In this document: one piece after another, positions 36,149-47,800 of the stretch
How the letters are laid out: the number at the start of each line of letters is the position of its first letter
Numbering within the stretch: the stretch's first letter is position 1
IMG/VR virus record: IMGVR_UViG_3300008050_007409
Origin: a virus
DNA length: 64,000 nucleotides
Strand: one strand, 5' to 3'
Notes under the pieces: model-generated
The model's input: the letters and a program-made list of their open reading frames with translations, nothing else
What the model was told of the DNA's origin: nothing
Database searches by the model: none
Translations under genes and position numbers: made by a program

Positions 36149-38149
36149 CTACTGGATCTTGCGCCGAATCTCCATGAGACCTCCGATCACATCGCTGAGG
36201 CTCTTCATGGCACGACAGGCCGCGGACTCACGTACCTCGTCCAACCCCATGCGGCTGGCGACGACGATCTCGGCGAGCTTGTTGGCGGTCTTCTCGAACT
36301 CCGGGAGGGCTTCGATGAAGGCCGAGACGTTCTCGGGGGTGATGAAGTTCAAGGAGAGGACAGCGTCCAGGTTCTCCCGGTCGATCACCACGGACGCCTG
36401 CTTGTAGAGCAGGTGCGCCTTGGGCATGCACAGCAGAGCGACCTCACGCACCAGGTCGTGGCGGAGGTGGTCCGTGTTCCTGACCACGGCGGCAGCCTGC
36501 TTGATCATCGCCGCAGTCGCCAGCTCCTCGGACACCACCCGGCGGGTGCCAGGGATCTTGAGAGGGCTGGAGGCCGCGGCCGACTTCTCCAGGACGGTGG
36601 GGATCTGACCGCCAGGGACTCCCAGAGCTCCCAGGGCGAAGCCTGCCTCCTCCACGCTCATGACCCGGTCGTAGCCGGCGAGCTCGGCGTTGCGGCCGCG
36701 CAGGCTGTAGGACGTGCCGTCCGAGACCACCTCGACGGCGTTGATGTCCATCGCCACCTTCTCCGCCTGGAGCTGGTTGATGAGCTCGGGGTTGTCCTGG
36801 ACACTGATCTGCTTCCCACGCAGCGGGAGGAAGACCATCGATCCGGGGATGGCGTACTTGCCGGGGCCGAGGCTGGCGATCTTCTTCAGGCTGGGGGAGG
36901 GCATCAGCTCGATGGACTCCCCGGTGCTGACTCGGACGGCCAGGTAGCTGGCGACCTTCTCGGCGCCCTCGCCAGTCGTGACCCGGTTGGTGATCTTGAC
37001 CGGCTCGGTGGCGATGCCCTGAGCTCCGGCCTGGTAGACGAAGACACCCAGGCCGGAGGGGGTGCAGGCTGGGAGGGTGAAGTCCTTGACGTGTACGCCG
37101 GCCAGCTTCTGGAGGGCGTGGCACTCCTTCCCGGAGAAGACCGCGTGGTCCAGCATGTCGCCGTCGAAGGTCAGGGTGCGGGGTACGACGATGCCCAGGA
37201 TCTCCCTGGTTCCGGAGAGGGCCTGGTAGACGCCGACGGTCGACGCATCCTGAGCCCGCTTCTCCATCCGAGGACCGTCCGTGGTCGAGTCCAGGGTCAA
37301 GACCAGGCTGCCCTTCTCGCGGAGCGTCGCCATCTTCTCCATGCCCAGCAGCTGCTGGACCTCGACGACGTTCCGGCGCTCCTCGACGACTCGGAAGCAG
37401 CGGGAGTTGGCGTGCTTGACCAGGTAGCCAGCCCCATCCTCTGTGATCTGGATCACGTTCGGAGGGGTGTTGACCCGTCGCTGGACTCGGATGTCGCCGG
37501 CGGTCTTCTCCTTCCCACCGCCCACGGCGAGGAGAGCGGCCTTCAGTGCGGGAGTGCCCTCGAAGATGGTGCGGAGTCCCTTGGACGATCCGACCTTCAC
37601 GAAGAGCGCCTTGCGGTCCTCCTCTCGGATGGTGTGCGCCACCTTCTCGAGGACGGAGCTGGTCTTGAAGAAGCCGCCGGAGCCACCGGATCGGCCGGAG
37701 CTCGTGGGGGGTCCGATCTGGTTGCCGATCCCTCCGCCGAGGACGTCGCCCTTCTTGGCCGGCGTGCCGAAGACGTCCGGTTGGAACAGCACTCGCTCGA
37801 CGGCCTCCTTGGTCATGGGCTGGAGCTGGCCGTCGTGCGAGAACACGTCGAAGGGGGACAGGTTCTTCTCCCGCACGATGATGGGGAAGACGACCAGGCT
37901 CTTCTGCTTGATCGCTGCGTCCTTCTCCATGCCCATCGGGTAGACCAGCAGCTTGCCGATCCCGTAGCCGCGGCTCCCGTCCACGCGCTCCAGCTCCGCG
38001 TCCATCTCGAAGGACTTGAGGAAGGGCATGTCCTTGTAGGCGGCGGAGATGATCTCAGGAGCCCAGTCCGTGGGCTCCTTCTGGAGCCGGGTGTCCAGGG
38101 CCACCTTCTCGATCCCCACGGAGGTGTCGACAGTCAGGCTGATGTGCAT
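36149..38149 (-). CDS. large head-associated protein with many KxA motifs
   Basis: More than ten K-x-A motifs (EKVAL, EKVAH, EKTAG, EKMAT, EKVAS, KKIAS, EKVAM, EKSAA...). Confidence 0.7.
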   Translation of the reverse strand: MHISLTVDTSVGIEKVALDTRLQKEPTDWAPEIISAAYKDMPFLKSFEMDAELERVDGSRGYGIGKLLVYPMGMEKDAAIKQKSLVVFPIIVREKNLSPFDVFSHDGQLQPMTKEAVERVLFQPDVFGTPAKKGDVLGGGIGNQIGPPTSSGRSGGSGGFFKTSSVLEKVAHTIREEDRKALFVKVGSSKGLRTIFEGTPALKAALLAVGGGKEKTAGDIRVQRRVNTPPNVIQITEDGAGYLVKHANSRCFRVVEERRNVVEVQQLLGMEKMATLREKGSLVLTLDSTTDGPRMEKRAQDASTVGVYQALSGTREILGIVVPRTLTFDGDMLDHAVFSGKECHALQKLAGVHVKDFTLPACTPSGLGVFVYQAGAQGIATEPVKITNRVTTGEGAEKVASYLAVRVSTGESIELMPSPSLKKIASLGPGKYAIPGSMVFLPLRGKQISVQDNPELINQLQAEKVAMDINAVEVVSDGTSYSLRGRNAELAGYDRVMSVEEAGFALGALGVPGGQIPTVLEKSAAASSPLKIPGTRRVVSEELATAAMIKQAAAVVRNTDHLRHDLVREVALLCMPKAHLLYKQASVVIDRENLDAVLSLNFITPENVSAFIEALPEFEKTANKLAEIVVASRMGLDEVRESAACRAMKSLSDVIGGLMEIRRKIQ

Positions 38150-38158
38150 GGGAGATCC

Positions 38159-39415
38159 TTAGAAGTGGGAGGTGACTTCGTCGATGGTGTCTTCCACCTG
38201 AGCACGCCTCGTATCCTGACCGTCAGTGTGCTCGCTAACGGTCACGCCGATCAAGTCGAAGAAGGACTGCAGGTGGTTGATGGGGTTGTCGGCGGTCACG
38301 ACGCCTACGATACCACCGAAGATAGCCTCTGATCCCAGATCGGGCTTGTTGTCTCCGGCGAGGGCCTCGGCGATGAAGTTGTTCATGCCTCCGGTCGCGC
38401 TGTCGGGATCTCCAGCATCCAGAGGGCCTACCTGGATCCAGATGAAGTTCCCGCCCTCGAGGAGAGTGGCCAACGCCAGGAGCTGTTGGATGATGTCTCC
38501 GACCTCGATGGCGAGCTCGGCCAAGATCTCCGCCTTCTTCGCCAGCAGCTCGGCCAGCTCCTCCAGGGGGTTGCCGCCCGGCATGCGTAGAGCGTCGACG
38601 ACAGCACGCAGACGCTCCAGCAGAGCATGGATAGGCGGAAAGATCCGAGCCATCGGGATCGACATCCACTTCGGGAAGGAGCCGGGCTTGAAGGACCAGT
38701 CGTTGATGGTCTCGTCGAACTCGTCTCCGAGGGCCATCTGAATGGCGTCCTTGACAGAGTTCGGGCTCTTCACCCAGAGGTGCACCGCCTCGGAGTAAAG
38801 AGCGGACTTGGCCCTCATCAGCGCCCTCGTCTGGGCGGGTCCGTCGAGCTTGGCCTGGTCGAAGATCTCCTTGGCGTCGCTGAAGTCCGTCAAGGCGTCC
38901 AGCAGCTCTGTGATGTCTCCGATGTTGTCGAAGGACGGGACGCCGAGGACGTAGATGAACCCCGCCACCATGGTCTCGCTGTCCGTGAGAGGTCGGAAGG
39001 GATCCGCCTCGTTCTGTGCACTGGCCGCGATGTCCAGGAGCCAGCCATCGAGACCCGTTGCCTTCCAGGGGAGATCACGCGCCTCAGTCCAGTTCGGAAC
39101 TCCTCTTCTCCTGTCGTAGGGCACCGTCTCGATGTCCCAGACCCACTCCGGGTTCCAGGTCATGTTGACGTGAAAGGCCAGCGCCGCGTTGGTCTGGAGG
39201 ATGTCGAGGATCATCGCTTCGAGCGTGTCGATCGTAGCGTTGAGGATCGCCGTGATGATGTCGCTGTCCGGCAGCAGGAAGGCTGCGATCACGCGCAGGG
39301 CAGCCGCCACCGCTGTCAGGAAGCCGGCGACGGTGTTGGAGGCGCTCTCGACGGTCTCCGCCAGGCTCTCGACTGGCGAGAGATCGATCCCGGTGAGTGG
39401 ACTCCATTCAGCCAC
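38159..39415 (-). CDS. putative baseplate/tail protein
   Basis: Downstream of the spike genes; acidic and helical. Confidence 0.5.
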   Translation of the reverse strand: MAEWSPLTGIDLSPVESLAETVESASNTVAGFLTAVAAALRVIAAFLLPDSDIITAILNATIDTLEAMILDILQTNAALAFHVNMTWNPEWVWDIETVPYDRRRGVPNWTEARDLPWKATGLDGWLLDIAASAQNEADPFRPLTDSETMVAGFIYVLGVPSFDNIGDITELLDALTDFSDAKEIFDQAKLDGPAQTRALMRAKSALYSEAVHLWVKSPNSVKDAIQMALGDEFDETINDWSFKPGSFPKWMSIPMARIFPPIHALLERLRAVVDALRMPGGNPLEELAELLAKKAEILAELAIEVGDIIQQLLALATLLEGGNFIWIQVGPLDAGDPDSATGGMNNFIAEALAGDNKPDLGSEAIFGGIVGVVTADNPINHLQSFFDLIGVTVSEHTDGQDTRRAQVEDTIDEVTSHF

Positions 39416-39572
39416 GGGACTTCGCCGCCTGCTTCAAGAGCTGCTCCGCCTTCCGAGCCTCCACGAGAGCCTGCTCCTCCAGGTGCTTCTGGACCGGACG
39501 GAGGCTCTCCGCCAAGGCCCGGAGGGAGCTGGGCTTGACGTTCTTGGCCCACTTCGGCTTCTGATCACTCAC
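39408..39572 (-). CDS. small hypothetical protein
   Basis: GTGA-coupled, 54 aa. Confidence 0.5.
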   Translation of the reverse strand: MSDQKPKWAKNVKPSSLRALAESLRPVQKHLEEQALVEARKAEQLLKQAAKSRG

Positions 39573-40246
39573 ACCACGCTCCCGGTCACCACACCAGCTG
39601 CCGCCGAAGGCGACGCCCCTCCAACGTAAGGCACGGAGGACGTCAGCGTCGAGAGGCCCAGGGCGTAGGCGTCTGCATAGTAGGGGATCGACGCCGCGAG
39701 GTCCGCATTGATCGGTGTTCCCGGCACGTCCTCCTGACCGAAGACCCCCGTGGCCTGCAGAGCAGCAGGGAGGGTCGTCAGCAGGCTGCCCAGCGCGGTG
39801 GCGTAGATGTCTGGGTTCGAGGCGATCACGAAGACCGCTGTCCCGGTACCCACCGTCGTGGACGTGTCCCCCTGCAGGAGGGCCAGGGCCGGGATGTTGA
39901 AGAGCATGTTCTGGATGACGGACTGGGCGAACAGCGCCGAGCTCGCCCCGACCCAGGCCGAGGAGGCCAGGAAGGCGGCCGCGGCTGACGGAGCTCCAGG
40001 CAGGGTGAAGGCGAAGGGCGCGGCTGTACCTCCGGGAGCGGCTGTGCCGGAGATCGCGCCCTTCCACTTGAGCGTCGAGATGGTGGTGGCCAGGCCGCTG
40101 GCCAGTCCCTCGATCAGCTTCTGAGCTGGGTTGTGGGTCACGACCCCGGTGGCGGCGTTGCTCCTCATGGCGACCGCAGCGGTGGGGAAGAGTGCGACGT
40201 GGCCGGTGAAGGTCAGATCGGCCAGGCCTGACCCTGTCAGAGGCAT
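39569..40246 (-). CDS. putative baseplate/spike-associated protein
   Basis: Ala/Gly/Thr-rich; coupled to the spike gene. Confidence 0.5.
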   Translation of the reverse strand: MPLTGSGLADLTFTGHVALFPTAAVAMRSNAATGVVTHNPAQKLIEGLASGLATTISTLKWKGAISGTAAPGGTAAPFAFTLPGAPSAAAAFLASSAWVGASSALFAQSVIQNMLFNIPALALLQGDTSTTVGTGTAVFVIASNPDIYATALGSLLTTLPAALQATGVFGQEDVPGTPINADLAASIPYYADAYALGLSTLTSSVPYVGGASPSAAAGVVTGSVV

Positions 40247-41814
40247 CAGAGGCTCTCACTGACGAATGTTGAGGGCAGAGCCACGGGGCTCGGGATGCCG
40301 CTGGCGCCGACTGAGCTCGCTCCCAGGATGGGAGCACCCGTCACGTAGTCGACGGGGTGGGTGAGGGTGGTGACGACTGCGCCGGCGGCGCCCGCCATGC
40401 CCATGAAGACTGTCCCAAGCTGGTCGATCGAAATCTCCCCAGCCGCTGTGGTGATCTGGATTCCAGTGGCGTTGATCTCCACCTTGGACAACTCGCCGAG
40501 CATGTTCTCCAAGAAGATGGCTCCGGTAGGGGAGATCCGAATCTCTCCGAAGGGGGCCAGCTTCGTGAGCCCCATCGTGATGCGGAGGTCGCTGGTGATT
40601 CCGTGGATGCCGATCTCACCTTGGTTGCAGGTGAGCTGGTAGCCCACATCCTCGCCGGAGAGCCAGTTGGCGTTGGTGATCGTGACCTCCTTCTTCCCGC
40701 TGATGATCTCCTTCGTGTTCCCTCCGACCTTCTCTCGGTAGTCGGCACCGGCGGTGATCTGAGCTGTGCCCGTGGCGACCTCCGCCAGGTCTCCGTTGAC
40801 TGTCCTCTCGACTGCGCCCTTGATCTCTTCAGTGAGCCTGCCCGTGGTCCTGGTGACGGGTCCGCTGATCGTCTCCGTCAGGCTGCCGTTCACCGAAACC
40901 GCCCTGTCCGTACCCACGCTGAGGGAGTCGGACCTGTGCACGACCACGTTCCTGGAGCCGTAGTCGACGGAGCTGATGCCTCGAACCTGCTGGAAGAAGT
41001 CCGCAGCGATGAACTCGATCTTCTTCCCCTCCAGGTTGACGAACTCGCCTCCGCCCTGGATCCTCTGGCAGTTGCCGTCCTTGTCGATCCAGACCTGGTA
41101 GTTGTTGTTGATCAGCAGACGGCCGACGATCTGGCCGTTGCTGCCGTTGATGACCGCCTGGGCGTCCTCGTCAGAGATACGACCCAGCCCCAGGTCGATC
41201 ATGGGGTCCTCGTCGGAGAACTCCTTGACCTGCAGCCGGAACTCGACCGGGTCCTTTCCCGAGCCGTGGGAGTCGTCGCTGGTCCTGGACTTCCACTCGA
41301 GCTTGCCGCCGGCGGCGTTCTGCTCCCAGTTCGAGAAGAACTCCCGGATGGTGTCCTGCAGAGGGAGGTAGATCCTCTGGCTCATCTGCGTGGAGCCGAT
41401 CTCCAAAGAGCCGCCCTTGCGCAGGATGATGAAGGGGTTGGACCCCGGCCCGGAGATCATCTGATCGCCCTGACCGAGCACCGGCCTGTTCATCCGGTGG
41501 TCGTTGGGGTCCTCCTCGTCGTCCGCGTCGTCGAGCTGCCTGGGGAGGCTGGCGCCGGCCATGATGAAGGGGGCCTTCTGGTCGCTGGGGCGGCAGAGCC
41601 AGACGGGCGTGTTGACCTCCGGCATGAAGAAGTTGCCCTGGCCGTCCGCCCCCACGTTCATGGGGTTGATCGGGACGCCCTCGTGGACGCAGTTGTCCGG
41701 CGTCACCACCGTGCACGTGTAGGAGGTGTTGTTCACCTCCTGGATCATCCCCATCGTCACCTTGGACTGGTGCTGGTGGATGTTCGTGGATCCCTGGAAT
41801 CGCCTCTTCCACAT
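40246..41814 (-). CDS. baseplate central spike (gp5/gpV-like)
   Basis: N-terminal OB fold (G.FFMPEVNTPVWL), then beta-helix-type repeats (VGTDRAVSVNGSLTETISG...). Confidence 0.75.
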   Translation of the reverse strand: MWKRRFQGSTNIHQHQSKVTMGMIQEVNNTSYTCTVVTPDNCVHEGVPINPMNVGADGQGNFFMPEVNTPVWLCRPSDQKAPFIMAGASLPRQLDDADDEEDPNDHRMNRPVLGQGDQMISGPGSNPFIILRKGGSLEIGSTQMSQRIYLPLQDTIREFFSNWEQNAAGGKLEWKSRTSDDSHGSGKDPVEFRLQVKEFSDEDPMIDLGLGRISDEDAQAVINGSNGQIVGRLLINNNYQVWIDKDGNCQRIQGGGEFVNLEGKKIEFIAADFFQQVRGISSVDYGSRNVVVHRSDSLSVGTDRAVSVNGSLTETISGPVTRTTGRLTEEIKGAVERTVNGDLAEVATGTAQITAGADYREKVGGNTKEIISGKKEVTITNANWLSGEDVGYQLTCNQGEIGIHGITSDLRITMGLTKLAPFGEIRISPTGAIFLENMLGELSKVEINATGIQITTAAGEISIDQLGTVFMGMAGAAGAVVTTLTHPVDYVTGAPILGASSVGASGIPSPVALPSTFVSESL

Positions 41815-44800
41815 CAGTACTGCCCTGCCCAGTCCTTCCCGAGTACCTCCTCACCCTTGCCGAATTCGGAGGCATGCGCCGCCGCGGGGATCGGATGGTA
41901 GCCGTGGATGTCGCTCTTCCAGCCCTCTCGTACCGCACGCTCCATGGTGTCGTTGAGCTTCTGGAAGTTCAAGCGTGCCATCCAGTCCTCCTGCATGGCC
42001 AGCGGCATCTGCCCGACACCCTTGAGGGTGGGCGTGTATCGCACGTCCTTCTTGGACGGACCGGACACGTCGTTCCAGTGCTTGATCTCACTGATGCGTC
42101 GGAAGTCACCCGGCGACCAGTCCGGGTTGTCCCCAGGGTCGTCGACCTCCGCCAGGTTGGTGATGGCGCGGACGATGACCTCGATGTTGCGGCGCTTCAC
42201 CTTGGCCGCGTTGTTGTGCAGGACGCTCTCGATCTCGTCCGACATCAGGTCCTGCACGTCCTCGACGTCGCGGAGCTCCAGGAGCTTCCGGGGATCGACC
42301 ACGCCATCCGAGAGCGCGTCGCCCTTCCGGACCTCCTGTCCACGGCGCACCATGAGCTCGTGATCACCTCGGACGTAGTGCTTCTTCCCTCCGATCTCCA
42401 CATCCCAGCCGCCCTGGGGAGCTTGCCGGACCGTGGACACCTTCCCGCCCCTCTCAGCCAGCGGGGCCGAGTCCGGGAGGTTCTTGGGCAGCGTCAGGAG
42501 GTTGTTCAGGGTCTGGAAGGTGTTCGCGGAGCGGGCTGACCGGCCCTTGGCGATGCCTCCGGTGTGGAAGGTGTTGAGGCTGAGCTGGACGCTGGGCTCT
42601 CCCACGGCCTGACCGGCGATGACGCCGATGTTGGTGCCGATGTCCGACTCCTTCCCCATCTCGTTGAGGCCCAGGCACTTCTGGCACACCCCGTTCTTGG
42701 CCCGGCACCGGAGGGGAGAGCGGACGGGGAGGTCGGACCTCTTCGACTTGCGGGCAGCGGCGACCACGCTGGGCGTGACCATCGACCCGGCCTTGTGGAC
42801 CTTGCCGTCGAGCTTCACTGAGGTGGAGAGGTAGCGGTCGACCAGGTCCCTGTTGTCCAGGTCCAGCTTGATCCCCGCGGTGGTCCCGCAGTCGCCCTTG
42901 GAGACGACCTGGTCCATCGTGGTGTTGTTGATCCGCTTGGACAGGTAGCCGGGGTCGCGGACGCCCTGCACCTTCTGCACAGCGCCCTTCCGAGCTCCGT
43001 GCATCGTGGTCCAGTAGGAGCCCAGGTCCATGCCCTCCGAGTAGCTCCGGTCGATCATGAACGGGACCACCCGGCTCTTGGCGTCCATCACCAGCGCAGG
43101 GGTGCTGATGATCTGCTTGAGCTGCTCAGGCTTCCCTCGGGATCCGGAGATCACCATCTCGTAGATGTTGGTGGGGTTGTCCCTGAGCGCCAGATCGCTG
43201 AGCCTGTCGATCTCGTCGTCCACCTTCTGCAGGTGAGCGATGGCCTTCGCCTTGCCCTTCTTCTTGTCCTTGGTCGTGGACCGGATCCGGTCGGCCTCGC
43301 GCTGAGCCCCGTCGATCATCTTGTCTCGCTGGGACTTGTTGACCACCTGGAAGTCGTCCAGGCCGATGGAGAAGCCGATCTCGTAGCTGTGGTCGTTGCC
43401 GATGTCCTTGAAGCGGTTGGAGACCTCGGCGTAGAGGTCCGGGTGGTTCTTGGCGATGTCGGCCAGGATGGTCTTGGTCCCACCCTTGTCCATCAGCCGC
43501 ATCTTGCCGACAGGCTTCTTCCCGGTCTCACGCATCTCGGCAGGGAGCACGGCCTCGATCTCCAGACGACCCAGGGTGGTCGGGTCTCCACCCACCTTGA
43601 TCTGGTCTGTGAGCTTGATCTTGCCCTGCATCTTGGCCCGCCGGGCGTCGTGCATGTCCTTGAAGGCGTGGGAGGTCTTCCTGCCCGGCTTGCTCGCCAG
43701 GTACATCCCCAGGAGGGCTTCATGCCCTGGGGTATACATGACGGATCCGTCGGTCGGGTTGAACAGGTTGTTCGAGGGGAACATCTGCGTCGCCTCCCGA
43801 GCCGCCTTGCTGGTGACCGGCAGGTAGACGCTCATGGCGTCGCCGTCGAAGTCGGCGTTGTAGCCGGACGTGACCAGCGGGTGGATCTCCAGGGCGTTGC
43901 CCTTCACGATCCGAGGCTTGAAGGCCATGACGTTGAACTTGTGCAGCGACGGGTCCCGCTTGAGCAGGATCGGCCGGTCCTTCATGACCCGCTCGAGGGT
44001 CTTCTGGGCGGGCACGGACTTCTTGTTGATGGCCTCCCTGGCATCCAGTGGGTTCCAGTTCATCCGGACGAGCTCGCGCTGGACGTAGGGCGCGTAGAGG
44101 CCCCAGGCGATCTTCTCGGGGACGCCCAGCTCGTCGATGCCCTGGTGGGGCTCAGGGATGATGATGGACCGGCCCGAGTAGGCCTGCCGCCTCTTGATCA
44201 GCGTCTTCTGGAAGTAGCCGTTCTTGGACCGCCCCTTGCGGGAGCCGTCCTTGCTCTTGGTCTGCCCGGAGATGATGTCCAGGACACCGCGGTACTCGCG
44301 GGTGAGGCTGGGCCCGTTGCCGTTGAGCGCCGAGAGCGCGTCGTAGACGGCGACCCGGTCCTCGGCCAGGCCGTACGACGGGATCCCAGCCTTCTTGGCG
44401 TCGGTCATGGTCTGGTTGACCGTGCCCAGGTCCTTGTAGAGGTAGTTCAGATCCGTGTTGGAGAGGGAGCCGTCGTCGTTGACCACCGGCGGGCGGAAGA
44501 CGGGGGGCAGGACCGGGACCGCCCGCATCATGTAGATCGAGGGGTCGAGGTTGTTGTCCTCGAGCATCTTGAAGACGCGGAGCCGCTTGTGGACCTTGGA
44601 GCGCGACCCGGCCTTCAGGCGCTTGGCCCGCTCCTCCAGCTCTGCTCGCTCCTTCTTCACGTCGACCTGCTTGAGCATCTCCTCGAAGGCGGCGCCGCCG
44701 ACCTTGCCGTTGACCTTGACCTCCCCGGCCAGGATCTTGCGGTAGCGGGTCTTGTCGATGTCGAGGACCTTCTGGACGGCCTCCTCGAACAGGGGGTTGG

Positions 44801-47800
44801 GGAGGGGCTCCGCGAGCTCGATGTGGCTCCACTTCGTGCCGTTGAGTCCCCCGGTGGTGGCCGGGTCGAAGATCCCTCCCACCTCCGGCTTGATGTCCTT
44901 CCCCATGACGGCGCGGTTGGGCTTCGTGAGCTTGCCCGAGCTCATCTTGCGGACCTGGGCCTCCGTGAAGGGCATCAGGGAGATCTGCGACCCCTCCTTC
45001 ACGGGGTTCACCCGCATGGAGCGGAGGTAGTTCTCGAACTTGTCGTAGGCGAAGGGGACCTTGGCCGGAGGGATCCGCTTGTTGTCCCGGATGGCGTCCC
45101 AGAGCGCGTCGTTGCGCGTGCTCTTGTAGGCGTACATCTCGTGGAGGTTGTCGCGGGCGCCGTGGGCCAGCATGGCGTAGAGCCCCAGCTCGCCCAGGGA
45201 CTGACCGCCGTGCGGAGCTCCTCCTGTCGGGGCGTGGTGCACGTCCCACCCAGCTCCGGGGTCTCCGGACCTGACGGCGATCTTCTTGCCCGCCTGGTGC
45301 TTGAGCTTCACGATGTACTGGCGGCCGGTCAGCACGTCCTGATCGAAGGGCTTCCCCGTCTTGGGGTTGATCAAGGACTCCTTGTCCGTGAGCCCCAGGG
45401 CTGCCAGGTCCTTCTTGACCATGGCGAGGTAGTCGGTGTCGCCGTCGAAGTTCCTGACCCGGTAGGTCTCGCCGGTCTTCTCTGCGACCTTGCCGGCCGC
45501 GGTCTCCAGGACCTGACCCAGGTTGATGCGCCCAGGCACGCCCAGAGGGTTCAGGGCGATCTCGACGTGCTTGTTCTCGCCGTCCTCGTCCATGAACGGC
45601 ATCTCCGCATCCGGGACGATGCGGGTGATCACGCCCTTGTTTCCGTGTCGGCCGACGAGCTTGTCTCCGATCTGCGCAGGCTCCTCGGTCTTCACGTAGA
45701 CCATGATGCTGCCGTCGCTGCGGCGCACCACGTCGCTGACCACTCCGGGGTAGGGCTTGTCCCAGGTCATCGAGCGGTTCCGGAACTTCCTGCTCCGCCC
45801 GCGCCGGAACTCTCGGATGTCCTTGAGCTGCTGGCTGGGCGTCGGCGGCTTGAGCACCAGTACCAGCGGGTCACCCTCGACGACCTTGGAACCGATCTTG
45901 ATCCGTCCATCGTCGTCGATGCTGGCCAGCTGATCCTTGTCGAAGTCGCTGGGGTACTGAGACAAGAACTTCTTCCGCTCGGTGATCGCCAGCTTGTCCA
46001 GGCGTGCCTGGTTCGGGTGCACGTGGAGCGAGGTCAGCTTCTTCGCCGCCGTCTCGCTGATGACGATCCCATCCTCGAAGTTGTAGCCCTGGAACGGGAT
46101 GTAGGCGGCCCGGAGGTTGGTGCCCAGGGCCAGGGTACCGTCCTTGGTGAAGGTGGAGTCGACGAGGAGGTCCCCCTCCGCGACCTTGTCTCCGGCCTTG
46201 ACCTTGACCTCGGAGTCGTAGAGCGAGCCGCCCGGCAGGGCGAAGTCCCGGTAAAACTGGACCTCGTGCTTCTTCCCCTTGCGGTCCTTGATGATCACCG
46301 CGTCCTTCCGGACCTGGTCGACGGTGCCTGCGATCGGTGCCTTCCGCGCCGAGTACTCTCCGAAGATCTCCTCGAACGACTGGTCGCCGTCTGTCTGCAC
46401 CTGGACCAGGGGAGCCTCCCGCTCCTTCAGAGGCACGGCCTGCTCCGCCTGCTTGGCGGCAGTCATGGCCCGGTTGCCCTGGTTGTTCTGCAGGAAGGGC
46501 ACCAGGTTCGAGCTCACCCCGAACACAGCCCGCGGGCTGGGGAGGATGTAGTCGACCTCCTTGGGGCTCACGTAGGTGATCTCCCCATCCCGGAGTGCCT
46601 TGACCCGCTTCCCACGAGCCTTGCGCCCCTTGTACTGGTCCGGGAAGGAGATCACCTTTCCAGCGGTGTCCGCCGGCGACAGCTTCTCGGTCCTGCCGGT
46701 CCTGGCGTTCTTGAAGCGGGAGACGACGGTGTCGCCCTTCTTCTCCGTGCCGAGGGCCAGGGACAGGGTGATGCCCGTCTTGTCGCCCTCCGGCGTCCTC
46801 ACGGGGTCCAGGAAGCCGAACTGGCTGGCGTTCAGGAGCTTGGCCTCGTCCAGGACGGCGAAGGGGTTGGCGATGCCTCCCTGCTCTCCTAGGATGGTCG
46901 TGGCGGTCTGCCCGGCCAGCATCCCGAGCGGGTTGGTCTGGTCCGGCTCGTTGGCGAGGCTCTGGCTGAAGAACTTCTTGATCGACGGCGTGACGGTCCC
47001 GGAGGGGACCACCTTCTTCAGATTGCGCCGCTTGTCGATGTTCCACCGGATCTTCCGCTGGATGGTCGAGGCGTCCCTCCGGATGCGTCCTGAGATCAGG
47101 TCCTCAGCCGCGTTGACCGACTGGAATTCCATCGAGGACTTGTTGTCCGGCTCGCGGTCGCCGCGGGAGATGGACAGGAGCTGCTTCGAGGATTCGATCA
47201 GCGTGTCACCGTCCACGCTCTTGAAGCCCTTGCCCAGGGTCCGCTTGGTGGTCTGCTGGTCGACTTCCGTGCGGGCCAGGTGCTCGGCGAACAGGCCGGC
47301 GTGCTCGGCGGGGTTCTCCGGCAGAGATCCGTGCACGGCCTTGTAGAACTTGCCGTAGACCCGCTCGGGCTTGGAGTAGCGCTTGTTGCGCTCGAGCAGC
47401 TTCTTCCCCCAGGCGCGCTCCAGGGCATCGTCGGAGACGCCCGCCGACTTGAGCAGGGGGTAGGCCGCCATCTTCGAGGTGCCGACGTGCACCAGGAACA
47501 GCGCTCGCTTCGGATCAAACTCCATCTTGAAGGAGCGGCCGCGCCTCCCCTCCTGTCCGGTGAGGGCCTCGTGGTTCCCGAGGTTGAACTCCGCGTAGAG
47601 CTTGTCGTCTCGGCTCCTCCGGTGGTAGACGCCGGGCCGGAGACGGAGCTGGTTGAAGATCTGGTACTCGCTGCCCTTGTGGATGTAGCCGAATCGGTCT
47701 GTAGTCCGGGGGAGGTGCCCGACGATCACCTTCTTCCTGTCGATCTCCTTCATGTCGCCGTCACGGCCCTTCCGCATCAGGGACATGTCCGCGTAGATCG

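Noticed and set aside
42999-46892. 1297-aa + strand ORF and other long antisense ORFs (e.g. 35882..38332, 14376..16304, 7535..9442)
   Set aside because: Shadow ORFs opposite well-supported genes. High GC3 suppresses antisense stops, and they carry no motifs.
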